Shown piece after piece: positions 1 through 10,533 of a stretch of 64,000 bases of DNA. The notes below the pieces were generated by a model that worked only from the letters and a program-made list of their open reading frames with translations, was not told the DNA's origin and did not search any database. Origin of the DNA: a virus; IMG/VR virus record IMGVR_UViG_3300017773_000002, positions 1-64,000 of that record. The stretch is one strand, 5' to 3'. The stretch's first letter is position 1; each line of letters begins with the position of its first letter. The position numbers were made by a program, and so were the translations under genes.

Positions 1-2460
1 ATCCTCTACCGAGGATATAAGGATGGTGTTCGTGTAAAGAAACGCGTCCCCTTTCAACCTACCTTGTTTATCCCCACACCCAAAAAGCAGACTCCTTGGA
101 AGGGTCTTGATCAAATAAATCTAGAGCCTATCAAACTAGAATCTATGAAGGAAGCTTCTGATTTTATAAAGCGTTATGACAACGTAGAAAATTTCCGAGT
201 CTATGGTATGAACAACTTCATTTACCAATATATTTCTGAAGAGTTTCCTAACAACATAAACTTCGATTCTAAGGATGTTGAGGTCACCTACATAGATATT
301 GAGGTTCACTCTGAGGAAGGTTTCCCCGAACCAACACTCGCACAACACCCTGTCACAGCTATAACTATAATCCAGAGAGACGGTATCCGTCGGGTATGGT
401 CTTGTATTGATTATGAGAATACCAGAGATGATGTTCTTTATGTTAAGTGTGAGACTGAAGCTGAGTTGATGACAAAGTTTATTGAACACTGGAAAGAGTG
501 GACCCCCGATATCATCACTGGATGGAACAGTACTTCTTTTGATATGACCTATCTTATTAATAGGACCATGCGTTTGTTCGGTGAGGAAGAGTCTAGGAAA
601 TTTTCTCCTTGGGGTGTGGTCAGACTTAAGAAGGGACGAGTCAATAAATTTGGTATGGACGAAGCTGACACATTTGATATTATGGGTGTGGCGCAACTAG
701 ATTACTTTGATCTATTCCGAAAGTTTACTTACAATACATTAGGTCAACAAGAATCCTATAGACTGGATCACATCGCAAATGTTGTTCTTGATGAACGTAA
801 GTTGTCCTACGAGGAACACGGAAGTCTGCATAATCTCTATATTGAGGACCCACAAAAATATATTGACTACAACATTAAAGATACTGAACTCGTACTTCGG
901 ATTGATGGAGTTCTTGGTCTTATTGACTTGGTTATGACAATGGCCTACCGAGCTGGTGTTAACTATTCCGACACCCTAGGTACGACCACTATATGGGATG
1001 TCATTATCTATCGTATGTTGAATCAATCAAAGATTGCATGTCCCCCCAAAATAGAGAAGTCGAAGACCCCATACCCCGGCGGATATGTTAAGGAACCTCA
1101 AGTTGGTCAACATAGTTGGGTAACGTCTTTTGACTTGAACTCACTCTATCCCAATCTAATCGTTCAATATAATATGTCCCCCGAAACTGTCCTTGATGGT
1201 ATTGTCCCTGATGTATCGGTAGAGAAAATACTAGAAGGCAAGTTGTTTAATGATGACTTTGATTACACAAAACTCTGTCACTCTATCGCTCCCACCGGAG
1301 TCAGATTCTCTCATGATCGAAAGGGTATTGTCCCAGAGATTATTACTCGTTATTATAATGATCGTAAAGTTATTAAGAAGGAGATGTTGAAGACCCAACA
1401 AGAGTTTGAGAATACCAAAGATCCTTCGCTTAAGAATAAGATATCTCAACTTGATAACCAACAAATGGCAATCAAGATTCTTATGAACTCACTTTATGGT
1501 GCTTTGGGTAACCGATGGTTCCGGTATTTCGATCAACGTGTTGCGGAGTCTATTACTATGGCTGGACAGTTAGCCATTAAGTGGGCAGAAAGAACCGTCA
1601 ACGACGAGATGCAAAAACTTCTTAAGACTGAGGAAGATTATGTTGTTGCTATCGATACCGACTCGGTATATATCCGAATGGAATCCTTGGTCGAAAAGTT
1701 CTCTCCTAAGAATCCTGTTAAGTTTTTAGATAACATTTGTAAGGATCATTTTGAACCTGTCCTGACTAAGTCGTATCAGGAGATGGCTGACATGACTGGT
1801 GCGTATGAAAACCGAATGGAGATGGGTCGTGAGGTAATCGCGGACAAGGGTATCTGGGTAGCTAAGAAACGATACATCCTCAATGTACATAATAATGAGG
1901 GTGTCCAGTACGCAGAACCTAAACTAAAGATGATGGGTATTGAAGCTATCAAGTCTAGTACTCCTATGACGGTCAGGGATAAGTTCAAAGAAATCTTCCA
2001 CGTTATTATAAATGGTAGTGAGAGTGATACTCAAAGTTTTATAAGAAACTTCCGCACAGATTTTCGTACTCTTCCCCCAGAGTCGGTATCCTTCCCTCGG
2101 TCTGTCTCTGATCTTAAGAAGTGGAGAGATGCCAAGAGTATATACTCAAAAGGTACTCCCATACATGTTCGTGGTAGTTTGTTGTACAATGATCAGATTA
2201 AAAAACTTTCCCTTGATAAAAGATATGAATATATTAAGAATGGTGAGAAGATCAAATTTTGTTATCTTAAGATGCCTAATCCTATCAGTGAGAACGTAGT
2301 ATCCTATCCTCAGTTCTTACCGCCCGAGGTCAATCTACATAAGTACATTGACTATGATAAGATGTTTGATAAGACTTTCCTCGATCCATTGTTACCTATA
2401 CTGGAGGCAGTTGACTGGTCAGCTGAACCTCGCGCATCACTTGAGGATTTTTTCTGTTGA
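1..2460 (+). CDS. 43: Family B DNA polymerase (T4 gp43-like), 5' end lies outside the window
   Basis: ExoI DIE, Exo[30 protein letters not shown] and KKRY motifs; frame is open from base 1 (ILYRGYKDG...). Confidence 0.97.
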   Translation: MLYRGYKDGVRVKKRVPFQPTLFIPTPKKQTPWKGLDQINLEPIKLESMKEASDFIKRYDNVENFRVYGMNNFIYQYISEEFPNNINFDSKDVEVTYIDIEVHSEEGFPEPTLAQHPVTAITIIQRDGIRRVWSCIDYENTRDDVLYVKCETEAELMTKFIEHWKEWTPDIITGWNSTSFDMTYLINRTMRLFGEEESRKFSPWGVVRLKKGRVNKFGMDEADTFDIMGVAQLDYFDLFRKFTYNTLGQQESYRLDHIANVVLDERKLSYEEHGSLHNLYIEDPQKYIDYNIKDTELVLRIDGVLGLIDLVMTMAYRAGVNYSDTLGTTTIWDVIIYRMLNQSKIACPPKIEKSKTPYPGGYVKEPQVGQHSWVTSFDLNSLYPNLIVQYNMSPETVLDGIVPDVSVEKILEGKLFNDDFDYTKLCHSIAPTGVRFSHDRKGIVPEIITRYYNDRKVIKKEMLKTQQEFENTKDPSLKNKISQLDNQQMAIKILMNSLYGALGNRWFRYFDQRVAESITMAGQLAIKWAERTVNDEMQKLLKTEEDYVVAIDTDSVYIRMESLVEKFSPKNPVKFLDNICKDHFEPVLTKSYQEMADMTGAYENRMEMGREVIADKGIWVAKKRYILNVHNNEGVQYAEPKLKMMGIEAIKSSTPMTVRDKFKEIFHVIINGSESDTQSFIRNFRTDFRTLPPESVSFPRSVSDLKKWRDAKSIYSKGTPIHVRGSLLYNDQIKKLSLDKRYEYIKNGEKIKFCYLKMPNPISENVVSYPQFLPPEVNLHKYIDYDKMFDKTFLDPLLPILEAVDWSAEPRASLEDFFC

Positions 2461-2485
2461 CAAATACCCCTAAGTATGTTATAAT
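2457..2485 (+). promoter_or_regulatory. sigma70-type promoter
   Basis: TTGACA-17-TATAAT overlapping the gp43 stop codon. Confidence 0.8.
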
Positions 2486-2491
2486 ATCAAC

Positions 2492-3436
2492 ATGAATTAC
2501 GAATTAACTATATTCAAAAATCAGTTTGATAACAAGACTCATAGAAAAGTTTCTTACGATACTTGGGATGAATTCGTCCAAGAACTTTATAAATTGAGCA
2601 AACAAAAAGGAAAGAAAGGTGGAAATAATTCTAGTCCTCTTATTAGCCCTGCTGTTTTTAAAACCGATAGTACGCGTTCTAATGACAATACTTTATATTG
2701 GGGTGGTTGGTGTGCTGTTGATGTTGATAGTCATAGGTTTTCTAACAGTGTGGACGATCTAAATGAACAACTTTCTAAACAATTGGGAGATGTCGATTAT
2801 GTGGTTTATAGCACTGCTTCTAGTCGTATGGATTATCTTAAGTTTCGTATTGTATTTAGGATTGACGAACAGATACAGAGAGATAATATTAAAGCGTTCT
2901 GGCACGCCCTCAATACCGAACTGGGGGAAATGGGAGATCCGCAAACTAAAGACTTGGCGCGTATGTATTATGTACCAGCTGATTATCCTGACGCCTATGG
3001 TTTTATTTTTCATAATACATCTGGTAAGGCATTAAACACTTCAGAACTTATTGCTAAACACCCTTATGTCCAGAAGACGGGAAATTCCTTCCTTGATAGA
3101 TTACCTATAGAAATGCAAAGTGCGGTCATAGAACATCGTAAGAATAGTCTAAATAATACTGAGTATCGATGGACTGGTTTTAGAGATTGTCCATTCTTTC
3201 CAAAAAGAATGGCGATGGAATATCAAACTATAACTGGAACTGGATGGTACGCAAAAATGTATCAGATAATGATAGCGATAGCTGGAAACGCTATAAAGAA
3301 AGGATACCCAATAACTGCAATTCAGATTGCTGAATTGTGTAAAGATTTTGATGCTTGTAATGGTAATTGGTATGAGAATCGTCCAATTATTGTAGAAGCT
3401 GATAGAGCGCTAGAATACGTTTATAGGAAAGGTTAA
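2492..3436 (+). CDS. Primase/prim-pol-like protein (AEP-type)
   Basis: AVDVD (DxD), YSTAS, KFRIV and DPQTKDLARMYY resemble prim-pol motifs; helical C-terminal domain. Confidence 0.55.
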   Translation: MNYELTIFKNQFDNKTHRKVSYDTWDEFVQELYKLSKQKGKKGGNNSSPLISPAVFKTDSTRSNDNTLYWGGWCAVDVDSHRFSNSVDDLNEQLSKQLGDVDYVVYSTASSRMDYLKFRIVFRIDEQIQRDNIKAFWHALNTELGEMGDPQTKDLARMYYVPADYPDAYGFIFHNTSGKALNTSELIAKHPYVQKTGNSFLDRLPIEMQSAVIEHRKNSLNNTEYRWTGFRDCPFFPKRMAMEYQTITGTGWYAKMYQIMIAIAGNAIKKGYPITAIQIAELCKDFDACNGNWYENRPIIVEADRALEYVYRKG

Positions 3437-4383
3437 TGAAAATATTAGTAACTGGAGCCGCAGGATTTATCGGTTCACAATTAACAAATAGACTAAGGAA
3501 TAGTGGACATAATGCTCGTGGTTTAGACAACTACAACAATCATCTTTATGAACCAGATTTGAAAAGAGATAGAGTAGAACATTTTGAATTAGATATTTCT
3601 GAATGTGATCTGAGAGATAGAGATGGATTACGAATTGTGTTAGGTGATTTCGAACCTGAGATCATAGTTCACCTTGCTGCACACGCTGGTGTTAGAGATT
3701 CTTTCGGAAAGGAATCTGAATACCATGCAAACAACATTGATGGAACTCAAAACCTTATTGAAGTGTGTAAGGAAGTAGTCCCTAATGTTAGAGTCATTTA
3801 TGCATCAACTTCTGGTGTGTTCGGTGGAACTGAGATACCCGAAGATGGTTGGAAAGAAAATCAGATACTTGGAAAACAGTTAAATGCCTACACTTATACC
3901 AAGTACATTAATGAGATCCAGTTTGAGATATCTGGACTGAATAATACAGGACTTAGATTCTTTACTGTATATGGCCCTTGGGGAAGACCCGATATGGCTT
4001 TGTTTGATTTTACTAAAAATATACTTGACAAAAACGAAATAAAAGTGTATAATTATGGTAATATGAAAAGAGACTTCACATACGTTGAAGATATCTTAGA
4101 TGGTATTGAAATCGTTATTCACAATAATGAAATTGCGAATAGTGAAATCTTTAATATTGGTCGTGGTAAACAAGTCGACCTTATGCATTTTGTAAGAGAG
4201 ATTGAAAAGAACTGTGGTATAGAGGCTATCATTGATCTGGCTCCTAGACATCCAGCAGATTCTTTAGAGACTTGGTCTAACACAACTAAATTAGAGGAAC
4301 TAGGTTATGTTCCTAAAACTAATATCGAAGACGGTATTGCAAACTTTTATGCATGGTACAAAGATTACCATAAGGTTAAATAA
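3436..4383 (+). CDS. NAD-dependent epimerase/dehydratase (UDP-glucuronate 4-epimerase-like)
   Basis: GAAGFIG, HLAAHAGVR, YxxxK, RFFTVYGPWGRPDMA, RDFTY. Confidence 0.92.
   Translation: MKILVTGAAGFIGSQLTNRLRNSGHNARGLDNYNNHLYEPDLKRDRVEHFELDISECDLRDRDGLRIVLGDFEPEIIVHLAAHAGVRDSFGKESEYHANNIDGTQNLIEVCKEVVPNVRVIYASTSGVFGGTEIPEDGWKENQILGKQLNAYTYTKYINEIQFEISGLNNTGLRFFTVYGPWGRPDMALFDFTKNILDKNEIKVYNYGNMKRDFTYVEDILDGIEIVIHNNEIANSEIFNIGRGKQVDLMHFVREIEKNCGIEAIIDLAPRHPADSLETWSNTTKLEELGYVPKTNIEDGIANFYAWYKDYHKVK
4025..4053 (+). promoter_or_regulatory. Intragenic perfect sigma70 promoter
   Basis: TTGACA-17-TATAAT inside the epimerase gene. Confidence 0.55.
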
Positions 4384-5354
4384 TGAATAATAAACCATTA
4401 AGTCCTAAGAACCAATTTCGACTTGCTATAGTAGGTCATGGGTTTGTTGGACAAGCTGTAGAATATGCCTTCACCCACCCCTTAGTAAAGTCTTATGCTG
4501 TAGATCCAAAGTATAACACTTCAATTGATGACTTAAAGGAATTTTCTCCTCATCTAGTGTTTGTGTGTGCACCTACACCACAAGGTGAAGATGGAAAGGT
4601 CGATGCTACTATTGTTATTGATGCGGTACAAAAATCTCTTATCCATACAGATGCTTTAGTTGTTGTTAAATCAACAATTACTCCAGATGTTGTGGATAGA
4701 ATATACAGTTCTATGGATAGGAAACATATTGATAGATTTGTATACAATCCAGAGTTTCTTACGGAGTCCAATGCTAAGGCAGACTTTGTGAATGCTGACT
4801 ACCATGTTATGGGAGGATCAGAATCTGCTACACAAGAACTAAGTGAGATATATGATATCTTTAGTGGATGCTCTTCTAATGATTATCACTATATGACAGC
4901 ATTCGAAGCCTCATTTGTGAAGTATACAATAAATTCTTATCTTGCAACTAAGGTAACATTTTTCAATCAGATATATGATTTGATCAATGCATATGGATGT
5001 AGTTATAATATCATATCCCGTACTGTAGGATTGGATCCTAGAGTTGGAATCGGTCATACACGTGTGCCCGGCTTTGATAAGAAACGTGGTTTCGGCGGTG
5101 CATGTCTGCCGAAAGATACTAACGCTTTACTTAAATTCTCAGAACAAACTGATAAAGATGGTGAAGTTGTGTCAATGGACATATTAGAAAGAGTCCTAGA
5201 CATCAATACTCGATATAGAAAACATTACGAGTTAGATGAACGTGAAAGAGTTAATAATATTACATTCGTGAATTTTGGAGATAGAAATGAACATAATGAA
5301 CAAACTAAAAAAGAACAGCAAACTCAAGACGACGGAGATCCTATCGAAGAGTAA
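4383..5354 (+). CDS. ugd: UDP-glucose/GDP-mannose dehydrogenase family protein (short form)
   Basis: GHGFVG, CAPTP, KSTI, NPEFL, K..N, GFGGACLPKD. Confidence 0.88.
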   Translation: MNNKPLSPKNQFRLAIVGHGFVGQAVEYAFTHPLVKSYAVDPKYNTSIDDLKEFSPHLVFVCAPTPQGEDGKVDATIVIDAVQKSLIHTDALVVVKSTITPDVVDRIYSSMDRKHIDRFVYNPEFLTESNAKADFVNADYHVMGGSESATQELSEIYDIFSGCSSNDYHYMTAFEASFVKYTINSYLATKVTFFNQIYDLINAYGCSYNIISRTVGLDPRVGIGHTRVPGFDKKRGFGGACLPKDTNALLKFSEQTDKDGEVVSMDILERVLDINTRYRKHYELDERERVNNITFVNFGDRNEHNEQTKKEQQTQDDGDPIEE

Positions 5355-6351
5355 GTTCTTCACAGAAGAAGATATGGTACCTACTGATGTTCCTATGGTA
5401 AACGTAGCGTTAAGTGGTTCCGTAGATGGTGGTATTATGCCGGGACTTACTGTCTTAGCCGGTCCATCTAAACATTTTAAGACTTCGTTTGCTTTGTTGA
5501 TGGCATCGTCATATTTGGAACGTAAACCTGAATCAGTAATTCTCTTTTACGATTCTGAGTTCGGTTCCCCCCAGACATACTTTGAACAGTTCGGTATCGA
5601 TACTGATCGAGTTCTTCATACACCAATTACCAATGTCGAAGAATTAAAGTTTGATCTTATGAGTCAACTAGAAAATCTAGATAGGGAAGATGATGTCATT
5701 ATAGTTATCGACTCTATAGGTAATCTAGCTTCAAAGAAAGAACTAGAAGATGCTTTGAATGAAAAGGGTGTTGCAGATATGTCTCGTGCGAAGGCACTGA
5801 AAGGTCTGTTCCGAATGGCTACTCCACCTTTGTCTATGAAAAATATTCCTATGATCGCAATCAATCACACTTATAAAGAGATTGGTCTGTTTCCAAAAGA
5901 TGTAGTAAGTGGTGGTACTGGTATCATGTATAGTGCGGACAATGTTTGGATTATCGGTCGTCGTCAAGAGAAACAGGGTACTGAGGTAGTTGGTTATGAC
6001 TTTGTGATCAACGTAGAGAAGTCTCGTTATGTTAAAGAGAAGTCTAAGATTCCTATCGGTGTATCTTGGGCTGGTGGTGTACAGAAGTATTCTGGTCTTC
6101 TTGATGCCGCACTTGCTGGAGGGTATGTCGATAAACCATCTAATGGTTGGTACCAGAGAGTGGACTTGACTACAGGAGAAGTTCTAGGTTCCAAATTAAG
6201 ATTAAAGGAAACTCTAACAGCAGATTTCTGGGAACCTATTTTGGAAACAACAGACTTCCCAGAGTTTTTGAAGAAGACTTACAAAATAGGTTACAATTCT
6301 CCGGAACTTGTAGAACCTATTGTTGAAGAAGCTTCAGTTGCATATAGTTGA
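5287..6351 (+). CDS. uvsX: UvsX RecA-like recombinase
   Basis: AGPSKHFKT, YDSEFG, DSIGNLAS, SGGTG; ATG 5287 follows GGAG. Confidence 0.96.
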   Translation: MNIMNKLKKNSKLKTTEILSKSKFFTEEDMVPTDVPMVNVALSGSVDGGIMPGLTVLAGPSKHFKTSFALLMASSYLERKPESVILFYDSEFGSPQTYFEQFGIDTDRVLHTPITNVEELKFDLMSQLENLDREDDVIIVIDSIGNLASKKELEDALNEKGVADMSRAKALKGLFRMATPPLSMKNIPMIAINHTYKEIGLFPKDVVSGGTGIMYSADNVWIIGRRQEKQGTEVVGYDFVINVEKSRYVKEKSKIPIGVSWAGGVQKYSGLLDAALAGGYVDKPSNGWYQRVDLTTGEVLGSKLRLKETLTADFWEPILETTDFPEFLKKTYKIGYNSPELVEPIVEEASVAYS

Positions 6352-6360
6352 AAATAGGGG

Positions 6361-6389
6361 TTTACAAACCCCTTCGAATAGTGTATAAT
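6361..6389 (+). promoter_or_regulatory. sigma70-type promoter with a palindrome over the -35 box
   Basis: TTTACA-17-TATAAT; AGGGGTTT-AC-AAACCCCT at 6356-6373. Confidence 0.65.
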
Positions 6390-6400
6390 AGGGTATTATT

Positions 6401-6760
6401 ATGAATGAACAATATAATCAAACTGAGAATGTAGATTATGAGTTAGTGCCTGTTGGTGAAGCAAGTAACCAACAAGCCTGGCACGTAAGAATTCTTACTG
6501 GAGATTTTGTTGAAACTGTAATTGTGTATGGTAACATACAATTTGACGGAGAGATAGATAGACTGAAATTTAGTTTCTCAGTAGTCTCCTCTCCCATTGA
6601 TGGTCTTACATCTGAAGATGTTGATTTACAAAACAAGACCACAAAAATACTTGAGAATATTCTTGAGGTAGCATATAATGAAGGCAGCTTAGTTACAGGA
6701 GATGATGAAGTTGGAGATAACACTGGAACAGACGATTCTGAGGAATCTGTTAACGAATGA
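6401..6760 (+). CDS. Hypothetical protein at the T4 gp40 position
   Basis: Acidic 119 aa ORF between uvsX and 41; assignment by synteny only. Confidence 0.5.
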   Translation: MNEQYNQTENVDYELVPVGEASNQQAWHVRILTGDFVETVIVYGNIQFDGEIDRLKFSFSVVSSPIDGLTSEDVDLQNKTTKILENILEVAYNEGSLVTGDDEVGDNTGTDDSEESVNE

Positions 6761-8111
6761 TGATTACGCAAGAAAGGTTGCTGCATTTTTACAACCCGAA
6801 TACTTTGAGGGGGTCTATAAGGGCCTCTTTAAAGAGTTCACGTTATTCATTGCAAAATACAATAAACTTCCTAGTATGGAAGCTTTCAAAATTGAAATCG
6901 ATTCTGGCGACAGACTAAACGACGAACAGTATAGACACGCAATAGAAATATTGCCAAATATATTTACTCCCCAAAAAGAAAACTTAGAATGGTTAATTGA
7001 CTCTACTGAGAAGTGGTGTCAAGATCGTGCCGTGTTTAATAGTGTGATGGAGTCAATTCAGATAATTGATGGAAAACATCAGACACTATCAAAGAATGCT
7101 ATTCCTGATGTCCTGAGTAAGGCACTGGCTGTAACATTCGATACAGCAGTTGGTCACGATTACTTAGAGAACATAGACGAGAGATTTGAGTTTTACCATA
7201 GACAAGAGGAACGCATTCCTTTTGATCTAGATTACTTTAATCGTATTACTAAGGGTGGACTTCCTAACAAGACTTTGAATATTGCTCTCGCTGGAACTGG
7301 TGTTGGTAAATCTTTATTCATGTGTCACTGTGCAGCTTCCGCTTTATCACAGGGTCGTAATGTCCTATATATTACTATGGAAATGGCGGAAGAACGTATC
7401 GCAGAACGTATTGATGCGAACCTTCTGAATGTTGACATAGGTTCTCTTGAGTATATGCAAGAGGACAAGTTCAAGGATAGAGTTAAGTCAATTGCAGATA
7501 AGACTCAGGGTAAACTTATTATTAAGGAATACCCGACGGGTCAGGCGAATACTTCACATTTTCGTGCATTATTAAATGAGTTGAAACTTAAGAAGAATTT
7601 TGTACCAGAACTTATTTATATTGACTACCTGAATATTTGCGCCTCATCTAGAATGAAGTCTATGGGAGGTTCTATTAATTCTTATACTTATATTAAGTCT
7701 ATCGCGGAAGAGATGCGAGGTCTTGCAGTAGAATTTAACTTACCAATTATGTCCGCGACTCAAACCACAAGATCTGGTTATAGTAATGATGATGTTGGTC
7801 TTGAAGATACTTCAGAATCTTTCGGTCTGCCTGCGACAGCTGACTTAATGTTTGCTTTAATATCTAATGATGAACTTTCTAACAACAATCAGATATTAGT
7901 TAAACAATTAAAAAACAGATACAATGATCCCAGTGTGAATCAAAGATTTACTATAGGTGTAGAAAGATCTAAGATGCGCCTTCATGATGTTGATGAAAGT
8001 CTTTGTGTATTAAACAAACCTGAAGAAGATACAGGTCCAGTTTTTGATAACAGTGCTTCTGGACAAAGAATAAAATCTGAGAAGGGAAATTTCTCAAACT
8101 TCAAAATGTAA
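6702..8111 (+). CDS. 41: DnaB-like replicative helicase
   Basis: AGTGVGKS Walker A, ITMEMAEE, IDYLNI, SESFGLPATAD, KNRY. Confidence 0.96.
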   Translation: MMKLEITLEQTILRNLLTNDDYARKVAAFLQPEYFEGVYKGLFKEFTLFIAKYNKLPSMEAFKIEIDSGDRLNDEQYRHAIEILPNIFTPQKENLEWLIDSTEKWCQDRAVFNSVMESIQIIDGKHQTLSKNAIPDVLSKALAVTFDTAVGHDYLENIDERFEFYHRQEERIPFDLDYFNRITKGGLPNKTLNIALAGTGVGKSLFMCHCAASALSQGRNVLYITMEMAEERIAERIDANLLNVDIGSLEYMQEDKFKDRVKSIADKTQGKLIIKEYPTGQANTSHFRALLNELKLKKNFVPELIYIDYLNICASSRMKSMGGSINSYTYIKSIAEEMRGLAVEFNLPIMSATQTTRSGYSNDDVGLEDTSESFGLPATADLMFALISNDELSNNNQILVKQLKNRYNDPSVNQRFTIGVERSKMRLHDVDESLCVLNKPEEDTGPVFDNSASGQRIKSEKGNFSNFKM

Positions 8112-8121
8112 GGAAAGTTTT

Positions 8122-8283
8122 ATGACTAGTTACGAATTCACTCTTACCTGTTTAGTCTTAATGGCTGTATCATATTATACAGGTAGGTACTATGGAAACC
8201 AACAGGGTATAAAATCCACTTTAAGTTTTTTTGAGTCTCAAGGAATAATCGATGTCGAATATGACAGTGATGAAGACCATTAA
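8122..8283 (+). CDS. Small membrane protein (53 aa)
   Basis: AGGA RBS; MTSYEFTLTCLVLMAVSYYTG hydrophobic N-terminus; below the ORF-track cutoff. Confidence 0.55.
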   Translation: MTSYEFTLTCLVLMAVSYYTGRYYGNQQGIKSTLSFFESQGIIDVEYDSDEDH

Positions 8284-8290
8284 AAAATTC

Positions 8291-8319
8291 TTGACTTTTT
8301 CTTTTGATTAGTGTATAAT
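8291..8319 (+). promoter_or_regulatory. sigma70-type promoter
   Basis: TTGACT-17-TATAAT. Confidence 0.75.
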
Positions 8320-8347
8320 ACACTTTATATTATTAGGTTTTATTATT

Positions 8348-9478
8348 ATGATTCTAAACAAGACTGACGCCTACTTCGCTGCAAATGTATTCGAAGAGTT
8401 CTTTGATACCTTCAATCGCATTGATGATTATATGCGTCAAATAAAAATGGAAAGAATGGAAACATTTCCTTATTCTTTGCCCGGCATGGGTCCAGAAAAC
8501 GATTTATTTGATAAGTTTGATATGCATCCTAATGATATGGATTTTGTGGTATCTCCTTGTCGACAAGATCAGTTTATGTCCTACATGGAGATAACAACTT
8601 CAGCTCCGGTCGAGAAGAGTATTCCCGGCAAACAAATGTTGTGGTTGGTCAAAGAGAAAAACTCCGGAATGGTTATGGGAATGATTCGTTTCGGTTCTCC
8701 TACAATAAATTCTCGTCCTAGAAATGAGTGGTTAGGTAAACCTTTAAACACTCTTGACCCTTCTACGATGAAGAGATTTAATGATTCCGTTATAATGGGT
8801 TTTAATATTGTACCTTCACAACCATTTGGATTTAATTACCTAGGCGGTAAACTTCTCGCAGCTATATGTTGTTCTCATACAGTTAGAGAAACTTTGAATA
8901 AAAAATACAATGCAAATATCTGTATGTTCGAAACTACTTCATTGTATGGTTCATCCAAGTCTTCATCTATGTACGATGGTATGAAGCCTTTATTACGATT
9001 TAACGGTCTGACAGACTCAAACTTTGCTCCATTAATAAATGATGATAACTTCAGAAAACTAAATGATTGGTTTATAAAGAAGAATGATGGTATGTCTCTG
9101 GTTCCGGTTGATGCCAGTTCTAGAAAATTGAAGACGCAAACTAAAATGGTATCTATTATCAAATCCTCTCTCAAGTCATGTGATGAAGATGCCTATGCGA
9201 AGTTCTGTCAGACCTTCCTAGACGCTAAAGGATTAACGGAAAAGAAACGTTCCTTTTATTCTACTTACGGTTATGATAATGTTCCTCAATATCTTAATGG
9301 AGAAACTGATACTTTAATAAAGAAAGAGAACTTTGATAGATTCGAACTTGAGAATGTTATTGAATGGTGGAGAAAGAAAGCTTCTAAACGATACGAGAAT
9401 CTTAAGTCAGATAACAGACTACGTCACCAAGTTGAGACTTGGAATGTTAATGCTGAAGATATTGATATCATTCGATAA
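8348..9478 (+). CDS. DUF4338/DruA-like protein
   Basis: FNYLGGKLLA and ETTSLYGSSKSSSMYD resemble the LGGKLV / TTSLYG..SS.Y motifs of DUF4338. Confidence 0.6.
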   Translation: MILNKTDAYFAANVFEEFFDTFNRIDDYMRQIKMERMETFPYSLPGMGPENDLFDKFDMHPNDMDFVVSPCRQDQFMSYMEITTSAPVEKSIPGKQMLWLVKEKNSGMVMGMIRFGSPTINSRPRNEWLGKPLNTLDPSTMKRFNDSVIMGFNIVPSQPFGFNYLGGKLLAAICCSHTVRETLNKKYNANICMFETTSLYGSSKSSSMYDGMKPLLRFNGLTDSNFAPLINDDNFRKLNDWFIKKNDGMSLVPVDASSRKLKTQTKMVSIIKSSLKSCDEDAYAKFCQTFLDAKGLTEKKRSFYSTYGYDNVPQYLNGETDTLIKKENFDRFELENVIEWWRKKASKRYENLKSDNRLRHQVETWNVNAEDIDIIR

Positions 9479-9497
9479 ATTATTTTTAAAATAAGTG

Positions 9498-9535
9498 TTG
9501 ACAAAACTATTCCTTTATGTTATAATACTTGTATT
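9498..9535 (+). promoter_or_regulatory. Early promoter with conserved downstream element
   Basis: TTGACA-17-TATAAT followed by ACTTGTATT. Confidence 0.8.
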
Positions 9536-9564
9536 AAAACTGAGAAAACATATAGGATTATATT

Positions 9565-10533
9565 ATGAGCATGAATGATGTACTACAAATAGAAACTTCT
9601 GCGACTGTGGGTAAGTGCCCTTGGGGTATTGGGACTCAGGTCTCTAATGACTTATCTCCACAACAAATGATGGAGAAGTCTGGAACTAATTGGACCGTTG
9701 AAAAATGTCCTACCTTTGCTGCAAAGGAAGGCGTAGATCTTATACCTACTGGTAAGGAAGCTCTCGTTCGATCTTCTGACAATAAGGTCCTAACCCAAGT
9801 GGGTGGTAATTGGGAACCCTGTCAAAACGAAACTGCATTTGAATTTTTCAATGAGTACTGCTTAGAGGGTGGTATGGAAATGTCTACTGCCGGTTCTCTG
9901 AAAGGCGGTAAGATGGTTTATGCGATGGCTCGAATCAAAGAGTCCTTCGATATACTTGGTGGTGATCAAGTCGACTCTTATCTTTTATTCTCCAATCCCC
10001 ACGAGTATGGAAAATCAATTGATATTCGATTCACTCCAGTTCGTGTAACATGTATGAACAGTCTTGCGATGGCTCTAAAGGGTCGTGCTATAAATGGTGC
10101 GAAGATTAATCATCGACGTGCGTTTGATGCTGATCATGTCAAAGTGACTATGGGTATCGCACACCGAAGATTTGAGGAATATAAAGAAGTTGCGAAGTTC
10201 CTTGCGAGTAAAAGATTTACTCCGGAATCTTTGATCAAATACTACAACGAAGTTTTCCCTAGAACTTATCAGGGAAAAAATCAAGTTACTGTCAATGAAT
10301 ACAAAGACTTGACCACTAACGGTCAGAAGGCCTTTGATGTTCTTCAGACTCAGCCTGGCGCAGAGTTTGGTAGAGGTTCTTGGTGGCAAGCACTTAACAG
10401 TGTAACTTACTTGACTGATCATGAGATGGGTCGTAGTGCAGATACTCGAATGACTTCTGCTTGGTTTGGTTCTAATCAAAACCGTAAACAAGTCGCACTA
10501 TCTCAAGCAATTGATTTCGCGGAGGCAGCATAA
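9565..10533 (+). CDS. DUF932 family phage/plasmid-like protein
   Basis: TAGSLKGGK, YLLFSNPH, TPVRVTCMN, SWWQALNSVTYLTDH. Confidence 0.85.
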   Translation: MSMNDVLQIETSATVGKCPWGIGTQVSNDLSPQQMMEKSGTNWTVEKCPTFAAKEGVDLIPTGKEALVRSSDNKVLTQVGGNWEPCQNETAFEFFNEYCLEGGMEMSTAGSLKGGKMVYAMARIKESFDILGGDQVDSYLLFSNPHEYGKSIDIRFTPVRVTCMNSLAMALKGRAINGAKINHRRAFDADHVKVTMGIAHRRFEEYKEVAKFLASKRFTPESLIKYYNEVFPRTYQGKNQVTVNEYKDLTTNGQKAFDVLQTQPGAEFGRGSWWQALNSVTYLTDHEMGRSADTRMTSAWFGSNQNRKQVALSQAIDFAEAA

